The translations under genes were made by a program, and so were the position numbers. DNA of 64,000 bases, from positions 3,596,001 through 3,660,000 of the forward strand of contig CM074806.1 in assembly GCA_037447605.1 (NCBI GenBank), written 5' to 3'. This DNA comes from Zygnema circumcarinatum SAG 698-1b. Lineage: Eukaryota; Plantae; Zygnematophyceae. Of the stretch, positions 10,201-21,243 are shown one piece after another. Position 1 is the stretch's first letter. Every line of letters starts with the position of its first letter. The notes below the pieces were generated by a model that worked only from the letters and a program-made list of their open reading frames with translations, did no database searches and was not told where the DNA came from.

Positions 10201-12695
10201 AGACAAGAATAGAACACAAACGAAAATGAGAGGAGGGAAACTCACCCCACCATATACAATGCCAAATAACTAACAGCCCTGTCAGTTTCTCCAGAAGCGA
10301 GAACTCCGGAGATGAAGACCAATGGCAGCGTGAGTGAGTTTCCGAAAGCACATGCAGCTGTGAGAACCGCCTCCTTGTTCCCAGAAGCTCGAGCTGGAGC
10401 TCCTATACCCTTGGGAGCTGCGAGAGCAAGGAGAGGTCCATTCTGTGCTGCTCCTCCATCTAAACCTATTCCTGCAGCCACAGCTGCTGCAACCTCCGTG
10501 GCTGCTCTTGCAGGGCGAGCATTGTTCTCAGAAGGAGGATAAGCCAGTCGGCAAGCAATCTTCCCAAGGATAGCTCCAAAGAGAACCTGAAGAGCCCCCA
10601 ATTCTTCTTGTTTTTGTTATACTCTGCACAGATGTCATGACTGGTTTCTACAAAGTGGCATTGTACGGCTTCAATTCTGCGAAACCTGTCTGGCCTAAGC
10701 GTCTCATGAGGTCTTGGATTAGCAGGGCAGGGTCTTCAAAGGCCCTGCTTCAGTCTTACCAGAAGTGCTACAGACCACTTCTGTACCTTGACACTATGAA
10801 CTGGGTTCTACTTTATAACGACAGGTCATAAACCGCATTGTTGAAGTTTGCCATGTGTTTCTCATGTACTATAAGAAATCTCCGGAAAGGCTTCAAGCCA
10901 TCCTGGCCGGAACCCAGACTGTTGCCATGCTCAATGCGTGGGAACAGGGATATGACCTGATAGCATAGAAACAAGACGAAGGTGACGTCTGGCTCACTCC
11001 TTTCTCCCCACCCTTGAGATACCTCCAACTGTGCTCCCTTTAGGCGTGACACTCAGGGTGGGTGAAGACAAGGGCGCCAAGTTGCCCCTGCCATTTAACC
11101 TAATGAAGTGCTTTGTCACCTGGGCAACGGCGACCAATGGAACACCGACAAGGGTACTGGCAGATTGAGTTGTCAATATGGATGCCACCTGCAAAGCATC
11201 ACGGAACAAAGCATCGTGAGAGAAATTGTAGGGAGAAAGTGAGGAAGAGACTACAAGGTTATCAGCTGTCTGAATTGGTTACAGAGTTCTGACCCAGGAC
11301 GTACCTTGCTCATGAGGAAGCATGGAATCAGGATTTGAAATGCAACCTGGCACCCCCCCGGAAACACCAGGTCCAATTTGATCAACAGATGTCATGGATG
11401 TTGAAGGCAGCTGAAACTCGTGGGTTTGGGTGATTGATGAAAACCCAAACTGCATATTCTCCTCTTACAAACACTTGTCCAGTGGTTGCAAGCTAGCCTT
11501 CATGTATTAATCTTGTATAATCGGGTCTCCTTCCTTACTTCTTGAAACACTCGCCTTTAGCCCTTTTCGTTAGAGTGGTCCAACTCAGCGAAGGAGGCCT
11601 CACCTGACTCAAGACGGAAGGTGTTGCTTCAGGAAGTCGCCCTGATTTTTGAAGCCACACCACAAATGCTGAGGAGCTCGCCCACCCATTAAGAGATTGC
11701 AATGTAATTCAGCGATTCAACAACTGTAGCAAGTCGTCAACAAGAACAACCAGATATTGTACTGAGAGGTTCATCCGCAGTGAGCTCACAGTTAGTCGTC
11801 CAAGAGGCAGGTAAAGCACCAAAAAGCACTCACCGCAAAGAGTGAAAAGCTTGAGAGATGCTCCGGCAGACGCCCGCACTATGGCAGCATCTACTGCGAT
11901 AGGCGGTAGGGTAAACGATAGCGGCCCCGCTCCAATAGAAAATCCCGCTATAAGAGGTGCACCTGCTGAAGTAGCAGCTCCCCCAAACGCTCCTGTACTT
12001 ACACTTCCAATTTCAGCTCCGGTGCCCCGTACCAGCCTTCCCTGCCCATACCTCAAACCTCCAAGATGGCGGCTCCCGATCCCCACCTGAATTGCGAAGC
12101 CGCCTGCTTGCTTAGAGCTCGCATAAACATCAACATTCCTAAGCGCTGGTGCAACAGTTGCATCCCAATATCTGGACGTTCTAGAAGAATGCTTCAGGGG
12201 AGCAGCCATGTGGCTCTCCACTACCACAGAATGCCCGCTGCGCACAGCTAGCATAGAGGGATTTCCCAGCATTGCTTGAGCTTCTCCGCACGGGCAGGTG
12301 GAATACAGTAGAAGGATCAAGGGAGCCAATGCTGAGCCAGCAACGGACCCTAAGCTCAATCCGTTTCCCGCATCCTTCCCTTTTTGCCCGTGCAGCTTGG
12401 CTGCGAAGCGGAACGGTCCATCTGTTGCAAACCTCACGCGTAAGCGCAGAGCAGCAGTCGCGTCGGAGCAGCTTCCGTACGTATGTAGGCCTAAATAGCT
12501 GCTTTGTTGAGAGGAACTCAGCTGCATATATCCCCGGGTCTGCAGGGAGCGTTCCAGCGGGTAAAACGCAAGGGGGGCCGACCTCCTCACCTCCTCCCTA
12601 CAGGCTATGACGCCATTGCGGGGGGCTCTCCCGAGGGACAACCCTGCAGAGGAGGCTGCTGCTGCAGCCGGTGCAGGCAGCCCCCCGCATTGCAT
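7231..12695 (-). CDS. PILS-like / auxin efflux carrier family (Mem_trans) transporter, multi-exon, with a roughly 270-aa N-terminal extension
   Basis: Reconstructed exons encode AIVRASAGASLKLFTLCAFVVWLQKSGRLP, VAFQILIPCFLMSK, CAFGNSLTLPLVFISGVL, YLALYMVGWSPALWTVGY, IVNPPLFG, CTVRLLILP, VEGAMPSAQNLVLLSQ and YALSVIPVTLWMAVFLSLVAR* (stop at 7231-7233). One short exon near the 3' end was not located, and the start codon is assumed from the open frame. Confidence 0.8.
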
Positions 12696-13161
12696 GGCGC
12701 CTCCGCGAGGGGGAGGAGAAGCCTCCGCACTTCCGCAGCCTGCAGTGGAGGGAGGGAGGGAGGGAGGGAGGGCGGAGAGGGAGGCGAGCCTCTCCGCTTC
12801 CTGCCAGCCCCCCTTTAGGGTTGGCGGGGCGGCCAGGTGCTCACCACGTCATGCCCACGTGGACCACCTCGCAGTTTGGATCCCTCTGATTGGCCGAACG
12901 TTTGACAGATAAATCTGACGTGGCAGGTTTAACTGGAACCTTTTTTTTTTTCGATGCTTTGAAATTGAAACGACATCGGAAATGTTTTCGACCGTTGGCA
13001 CGGGCTGTGGGTCGGACGGCTGAGATCTAACCAGGTCATCATCAGCGGCTCATCCGGTGGACGTCGGCGCAGCTGCCTCGTCAGCCCTAGGATTCGCGAA
13101 CATGTGGAGCTGCCACGTGTCGTCTCCTCTGGGCTCGCTGAGCGCGCCACGTGGCGCAGCC
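12696..13161. promoter_or_regulatory. Compact head-to-head promoter shared by the PILS-like and APX6-like genes
   Basis: 466 bp separate the two opposite ATGs. The interval contains CACGTG at 12856, 13114 and 13148, ACGTGGC at 12918, and a (GGGA)5 tract at 12750-12768. Confidence 0.45.
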
Positions 13162-16100
13162 ATGGCGGCTCCTAGTGGGGCCGTTTCGGAGGTGCTGGCG
13201 CCATGGCGGGCTCGTGCATGTGCGGGATATGCTGGAAGGGAAGGGAGGGGGGAGAGGGAGGGGAACTGCAGGACTGCCTCTGCAAAGAGGGGAAACATTA
13301 GGGTTAGGGCAGAGAGAAGGGATGGCTCAGAGCGGCCGGGGGTGCTTGAGGATGGCATGGGGAGGGACGAACTGCATTGCGCAATGTCATGGAAGCTGAC
13401 TGCAAAAGATGACGGCGGTCGTCCAGGTGCGTTTATGGATTTCTTGAATGTTTCGTGGTTCCATTCTGACTCGAGGCTGGATTAGCTGGCACATCCGAAC
13501 CAAAACCATGAAAATCAAACTGGTTCTTGGGTAAATATGAAGGGATAGTGTAATATTGATCACACTTTTTTTAAGGGGAATGTAATTTGGTTGGTCTCGT
13601 TCGCCCTAATAGTTCTGCAGGTGCCTTTAGTTGCCGCGTTCCCTTCTTCCTGCTTACAAAGAGTCACCTGTGCCATTGATCCTCTCTTTCGTTTTTTGCA
13701 AGCTTCGCATCTATGCATGCGATGCACATTGTTCCATCGGAGCTCCGATACTCTCTCCAGCGCCTCCTTTGCGGTTGGCTCATTCCGTCCTCCTCGCACA
13801 GGCAGCTTGTCAAACGAGGAGGCCACATTTTCAACCGCCAGAAGGAGGGAGGCCCTCATTCAAGGTGCCTTCTCCTTGATGGTGTTTAGGGACGCATTGC
13901 AATCACGATCTGCCAATGCGGTACCCCTCGAGTAAGTCTTCTCCCTCAAGCAGACAACTGGGGTTTTCATGGAGCTATATTCATATTCGGCCATACTCAT
14001 GCTGAAATTCGTCTTCCACGTCGATGACTCACTTTTCTTTTTCAGGAGTTAGTGGGCTACGTCTGAACCCATGATTTGACATGTCCAACCTCGTGGTTGA
14101 TTGAACTATGGTACTACATCCAAAAGGAAAGCGTTTGCTAGGTGGTACATTGGTAGCGTGGTGTGTTCACATATGTTGACTATCAGCACACTTAAAACAT
14201 ATATCTCAATTCGACAACCATTTCGTTGATTTTGTTGGAACAGCTCCTTCATTTGTCTATCAGTGGCTTTGGTGTCTCACCAGGCCGTCGGATTTATCAG
14301 AAGAGGCCATTCGGGCAGCTCTGCGAAACTCTCTGACAAAGCCCAAAGCTGCCGGAGTGCTCCGCCTTGTGTTCCACGATGCAGGCACTTACGACCTGCT
14401 TTCTAATTCTGGTCAGTGGAGCGTAAAGAATCGTTACCGATTCTCTCGTCCTTTTAATTTGTCAAACAATCTCTTGGTGGGCCTCACCTAAATTTCTGAG
14501 TATTTTTTTTTTTATTACTGATACCATGATACAACTTTACTATAAAGACTACATTGTACGTTCTCAAAGTCAGCCCTCAACCGGTCGGATCAGGACCCAT
14601 GCAGGAGGAATGAATGGGTCGGTGCTGTACGAACTGGATCGACCCGAGAATGGAGGCCTCAAGCGGGCTGTCAAGGTATATATATGCACATCTTCACTTC
14701 ACGCTGGAGAAACTACGAAATGCGAACTAGTGTAAACAGATAGGACTTCGCAATCTGATTCTGAAGTTGGTGAATCATATTACAAGGTCCTTCATCTGAC
14801 GAATCTGGCTATAACCCCCCATGTCTATTTGCTCTTTGTCAGCGACATCGACTTCGAAAGTACCCATGCATGCATTTTTTGAACAAAATCAGTCTGAGTC
14901 CTGTCTTTCTAAAAGCTTAGAATTTGACTCTTGATGTGCTTCTCATGGCCCCTTTCCGTTCAGGCTCTTGAGAAAGCCCGTCTGGACATAGGCCCTCCTA
15001 GTAGAGGTAAACCTCCCATCCATTTCCGTCGCTTCCTTCACTCCTACCTCCTCTCCTCTCTTTCCTCCCCCGTCTATGCATCTCTTCCAGAAAATGGCTG
15101 TGCCCATACCCTCAAATTTACCGTAATGAGGATTTCAGATTGCTCGAATTTTAGGCAGAGTTGGTTGGGCGGTGAGTGCAGTGTCTTGGGCGGACCTGAT
15201 CGCTGTGGCCGGAGCCGAGGCTGTGGCTCTATGCGGTGGGCCGTCCGTACAAGTCGGGTTGGGCCGCAAGGACCGGGGGTGAGTCAGCAAACCACGCATG
15301 CGTATGCTCAAGTCGGCAACGTATGTTATCCTCAATTTCCTTGCATTACTAGGCAGACATTCAGAGTTTTTTTCACTGTTTTCCGCCACTTCCAAGTGCA
15401 TCTCCTTTCTGAGGATACATTGCTGTTCTTATGCAGGGCAGTAGATCCTGAAGGCAGGCTGCCTTCAGAGAGACTTTCTGCAGAGGCCCTAAAGGTTGCA
15501 TTTCAAGCCAAAGGATTATCGTGAGCTCTCTCTCACCACGCTCCTTGCCATAGCTGCTACACGTGTATTGCCTCCTTATTTCAAATCTATATGTGGTGAT
15601 GGGTTGGGTAACGCACGTCAACAAGTAGAAAGAGCTGAATCCATGAAGTTCCTCTTGCGCTCGACGATACACTCCGCATAATGACCTTCTATTACTGCTC
15701 GGATGTGAAGCTAGAATAGGTTTGGATGTCCGACTACGTTTCAGTGGGTGGAACAAAGGTTGTGACTTCGCTTTTGCTTTTCCTTCCTTCGTTTTCACTC
15801 CGTTTTCTTTTCCACTCTCGTTGGAACCTTTTCCTTACTTGCTTTTGTGCAGAACTCAAGAATTGGTGGCGCTTTCAGGTGCGCATACATTGGGGTCAAA
15901 GGGCTTCGGTGACCCCGTGAAGTTCGACAATGCGTATTATTCTGCACTCCTGCAAAGACCATGGGAGAAAGCAGCTCCTGGTATGGTGACTTTGTTTACG
16001 CTGTTCCATCCTCTTCTCCTTTCCTTATATTTCTGTGCACTCTTACCCGCACTGCGCAGTCAAAGGCTCGGCATGGAGTTTCCTCTCATCGTCAAGTTTG

Positions 16101-16811
16101 CATCCATCCCTCCTTTTCCCCGACATCTCGACTAAATGTTAGTCTTCGCTCAATTTCTACTCAGATTTCTGGAAAGTTGTGCATGGGTTGTTCAGGTGAT
16201 GAAATGACTGCGATGATCGGCATCCCTTCAGACCATGTCATCGCCAGCGACCCCGAGTGCTTGGAGTAAGATACCCCGTCTCATACAGTTGCGCGTTCTT
16301 GCTAGAGATCTCGTGATAAGACTTTTGTTTCACTGTGCATGTGAAACAAAAGAAACTGATGACTTTGTATGGATAGTGGGAACAAGTCAATGTGACGGTT
16401 TGCCTTACGAATCGTTGAACTATCAGGGAACAGTGGACCCAGGGATTTCAGAACCTTTCCCGTAACCTCTCACTGTTTCGGGACCTAGATCCATTTCTTA
16501 CTACATTTTGGTGTTTTCTCCGGAAGTTGAGATCCAATCTGCTGGTGATGGGTCTGTGGACTTGTCTGCATATCCTGTTTTCACTGCATACCCGCCACCC
16601 CCCCTTATTTGGTTATATCCATTTCGTCCTAACCCTCCAGGATCCTCCTACCAGTCCTCCTCGCTTGTGTGCGTGAATGGGAATCTGACACGTGGGAGGG
16701 GCTGCGATGCGTGTTTGCAGGTGGATCCGTCTCTATGCATCGGATGAGCAAGCTTTCTTTGAAGACTTTGCCAAGGCGTACAAAAAAATGGTCAATTTTG
16801 GAGTCGTGTAG
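13162..16811 (+). CDS. APX6: Ascorbate-peroxidase-related heme peroxidase (APX6/APX-R type), multi-exon
   Basis: Exons encode KAAGVLRLVFHDAGTYD, GGMNGSVLYELDRPENGGLKRAVK, SWADLIAVAGAEAVALCGGP, GRLPSERLSAEALK, LVALSGAHTLGSKGFGDPVKFDNAYY, GIPSDHVIASDPECLE and FFEDFAKAYKKMVNFGVV* (stop at 16809-16811). RLVFHD and the short HTLGSKG segment match APX6. The 5' exons (13162-13426, 13802-13931) are a by-eye model. Confidence 0.9.
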
Positions 16812-17464
16812 ACGAACGTAATCACATGGGTTTGCCCTATAAGATCTTTGCCTTTATAGTGCGCTACGATTTGCCATGACAGCTGAAGATTTACATTGGA
16901 CTATCATGGGTGCCAAGTGTTTAGGAATACGTCTTGCGGAAAATCTTATCTTGGTCAGATGGGGCTCTCGAGGATGCAGAGTGTATAGTTTTTTTGTTTT
17001 GTTCCGGGGATATTGTTCAGATGATGGACAAGGATTCAATTATGTTTTGAAGGAATATAAGCCGTTGAGCTCGCCTCTAGTTGGCTCCGCTTTGTAGGAG
17101 TGAGTGCTTCTATGTGCAAGACGTGATGTATTTGCCATTCTTTCATATGGCATAGTTGTGATGAATCGTGCACTCGAGAGATGACTTTTGCTTGTCTGTA
17201 CTCGTGACAGTGCGTACAAGCATCACAGCACGTCAAGGAAGCATCAAACTTCTATGGTTCAGTTGATTCAATCAGAGACAGCTTGGCATAAGGAATATTA
17301 TTATTCACACTCCCCAATATGTACACTATTGAACAAAAGAAACAAGTCTTCTGTCTACAGCCAGAATCATAACAGCTCACAAACCCCATCTACCACAAAA
17401 AGCCCACTTCTTTCCCATTCTTTAGCGAACTAAACCTTCTCCATTCAAAACAAGCTGGAAATTT

Positions 17465-19991
17465 CTACAGAAACGGCCCCCGGTAGCGGCGGACAATGAG
17501 AGGGCCTCGTGGGCCAAAGCCCATCATCATGCCTCGCCCATTGAGGCCAAATGGGGTCATGGGCATCCCCATGGGCATGGGCATCATGCCCATGGGACCC
17601 ATCAGAGGAGGCGCCATCCGTCGGGTCGGAACAGTGCGATATCCTCCAAAGGGAAGAAAGGCGAAGGGGCCGATAAAGGCGGCCAGAGCCAACCTCACCG
17701 CAACTTGCGCAATTCGGCCCCATGGAAGGTCTGCAAATCCGGCCGCCATGGATTCCTGCGTGGGCCTAAAAGCTTGGCCATTTCTGGAGTCTCTGGACCA
17801 TCTTCCTCCCCACACATCAAACTCGTCTTCTTCTTCTCCTCCTCCTGCTGAACGTTCCGATTGGAAAAACCTCTGAGGTACGTCTTCGTCGCCGACAACT
17901 TCCACGTCTCGCAGAACACGTTTCTGTGATTTTGATTTTCGAGAGGCTAAGGGAGGCAAGTAGCTGTCAGACGCTTTCCTTTGCAACCACGCAGGCGATG
18001 AAGCTTCCGCTTCCTGCGATTCAGGTTTGAAGAAGGAAGGACTCTTGACTTGCTCCTTGAGTTGCGCCAACTGTGCGTCAATCCCGCTGTCAGAAAGCCT
18101 CTCTAATTTGCTGAATCGCTGTTCAATATCATCAGCTGCAAGCTCAGTGACAGCTGCCGCCTCCAACTCCACCTCCTCCACTTTCGCCATTGCTTTATCA
18201 AATGCTGCAACCGCACTTCCTGTATCCAAACCTTGCAGAAGCTCCTGCACTCAACACAAACAAATCAATACAGACATCAATTCCGAAACGCATCTGCATA
18301 TTCGATGCCAAGCGTCCTCATAGACACCAATACTGACAATTCAACTTATTTCTATTCGTCAGCTCGTGATCTATACCTGCACTCTCCGAGCTGCATTAGC
18401 TGCCTGCAGACGCGCCTGCAGGGAGCCTTTTCTGCTCGCAGCCTCCGCCAGCCTCTGCTCCAAAAGCTGAGCTGCCTCGCCCAGCTTCTGGGCGGCCACC
18501 CTTTGCTTCTGCGCCTGCTCTTGGAAGGATTTCGCCGCACCCTGCAGCCCATCCTCTCCAAAAGGAGAAAACCAAATGAGTTTGGAGTACCGAAAGTTTT
18601 ATTATGGAGATGCCTTTGCAATGATATAGTTTTGTCGGAACAAATCCAGATTTACCTGCCTCTGTCCTTGCTTCCAATTTAGTTTCATTCATTCAAAGCG
18701 GTCGAGATAGAAGGGGGTTCCATTCCGCAGAAGGAAATGCTCACCTCGCAGTCGCGACAACTCAGAAGGGCCTCCCGCGCGAGGTCTTCCTGGCCGGCTG
18801 TGAGGGCCCTCCCCGCCCTCTCCCGCCATGCAGCCGCTCGCCGTTTAGCTTTCGTTTCCTGTCTTTGGAGCTCTCCCATGGAAGCTTCCACCTGTGCCAA
18901 TCAGCCAAGCCCACCTAAATGCCACGTTTAGCGAGAGAGTGAGTGAGAAAGTGAGAGAGAAAGAGAAAAACGAAATTGAGTAAAGAGCCTCCCACACTCT
19001 CATTCTTGATTCTCCATTTTCCCTCTCTTCCAATTCTCTCCCCCCCACGCTTCCGCCCTACCCCCCACCACCACTTATACTCACAAATCGAATTTCATGC
19101 TTGCCCCTTCCCTCTATAGGTTTCTAATCTTGAAGGTTCCATTGTGTTTATTGTTTTCGTCTACCCTTTTTTTACTGCCCCCTTCTTGTTTTTTTCAATT
19201 CTATGTTTCTTTTTTCAAATGACGCTTGAGACTGTTAAAAAATACACAATAATTCTCACCTCCACCCACCTGTTCCACTGTTCTAGAAACTCTCCGTAAC
19301 TCCGTTTCCATGTCTCTCACGCTGCTGTCCAGCAGGCGGAGAGGGTCCTCCACAGCTCTGCCCGCAGCTCCCACATAGGACCGCGCCACGCGGCCGATCC
19401 GCTCAAAAACGTTTCCAGCGACGCAGGTCGGAGGAACAACTGAACCAATTTCCATAAAGTCCGAGTCAATATCTCGTCACCGAATGCAGAAAACCTTTAA
19501 GGTATTTAAATTGATTAAAAATAAGGGCAAGACTTTAAGAGCCCTGCTTCAAAATCCGCAGCAGAGGAGGAGAGATTGCTATTATGTGGGCACTTCAGGC
19601 AAAGCCACTTGAAAAGTAAATTTACATACCTGGCAGCTTCTCATTCTTCGATGGCCCGCCTTTATCGGAAGAAGTTGGAGCCACATCGCGCGATCCCAAG
19701 AACGAACTTTCCAAGAAGCTCCCTCGTCTGCTCGAGGGAGGCCCCACTTCGCCTTTCACGCCTGCACCGCGCGTTACCACAAAATTCAGTTACACACCTC
19801 CATATAAGAATCAAGAAGAATAAAATTGATTTTTTATAAATAAACCAACCTGTTCTGCGGCGTGAAGCTGAGAAAAGTGCAGCCTGGCAGCTTGACTCCG
19901 CCGAAGCCACCGTATTCAAAGACGGTAAAGCTCTGAGAGTGCCAGCCATGGCGGCGGATGTCTGAGCGATGAGAATTGAAGCAGAAGCCAT
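17465..19991 (-). CDS. VIPP1/PspA (IM30)-like protein with a predicted transit peptide and a long C-terminal tail
   Basis: Phase-consistent exons give a Ser/Ala-rich N-terminus (MASASILIAQ...SSFLGSR). It is followed by NVFERIGRVARSY...EDPLRLLDSSVRDME, RAGRALTAGQEDLAREAL, and SAVAAFDKAMAKVEEVELEAAA...DIEQRFSKLE...IDAQLAQLKEQV, the PspA/VIPP1 pattern. Confidence 0.8.
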
Positions 19992-21243
19992 TTCTGAGAG
20001 ACAGCGGGAGAGAGCAAGAGAGAGACGAGTCTGCCCCTCACCCCCGGCGTGCGCTTGCTCTTCTCTTTCTCCCTCCCGCCCTCTCCCTCCCTTTTAGAGG
20101 GAGGGCCCTCCGCCGCGCCGACATCCTCCCCGGCACGGCACCGCCACCTCGTCCGACGTGGCACCTCAAGCTCGAACACGAAACCAGGTTTTTGCAAGTC
20201 TCAATATGAGTTGTCATAATGGATTTGTAAAGTACGTTTACTTGTTAAAGTTGTCGGTCGTGATTGAGGTTGGGGCACCATAGTGAGCGTGGTCTCATCT
20301 TAGCCGTCGGATGACGTGACGTGGCAGATGAGGCTGCGGGAGATGTGGCTTCTCGAAGGTTGAGGGCGCGCAACGGGTTCCATGTAGCCGCGCTGTTCTG
20401 TGATTCGGACGGGGAACCAAAACTGTGCATGCGGTGAGCCATTCCGTGTGCTCCGTCCTGTTGAACAAGCGACATAGAAACAGCACCTTCAGCTTTGACG
20501 GTGTAAGCTTAATTTTTTCGAACTGGTCCAAAGGGAACCTCAGCCAGTTTGCAGCGGAAAACCACAGACCAAATGTGACGTGGGCCATGATGTCAGTAAA
20601 ATGTTGAAAAGCTTAGACTTGCAGGTTTTCTTTCTTGTCTTTTTGAATCCCATACCACGACGTATGTGCCGGCCATGTTTGCTTTCCAGACGGGATATGA
20701 CTTTTCTCTTGGATGGCGAATGAGCTCATGCAATCGTGGGAGGGCCAAAGTGAAGTTTGCATTGACACGGTCGCTCCACATTCGGCCAAGGAATTCACGT
20801 TTGTACATACTCAGCTCAGCACGAAATGAAAGAACGGACAGCATCATGAGCCCGACAGCTTCTCTCAGACTTCCAATTCAAACTTTATAACCACCAATGT
20901 ATGGATTCATGAATTAGTCAACATTCCAAGCGATCTATGCTACAGACATTCTGAAATGCGGACGGAACCAATTGCTCTGCCATCCAACGGTATACAATCG
21001 AACTATGCCACCACACTCTTCGCTCTACTTTCTACGTGCATTCTCTTTCAATGGCTCCACTGCCCTCCCTCTACTGCCATTCCCACCCAACCACCCTTAT
21101 GCCTTCCTGCAATACTTCCTCCCCATTCAAGGTCTGTGAGAGCAAGACCACCAACACCTGCATTTTGCTGCTCCTCACCTTTCCCATTAGAACTCTGTTG
21201 GGCTTCGCCTTTCCATGACGGCGAGACCCACATCCCCACATCC

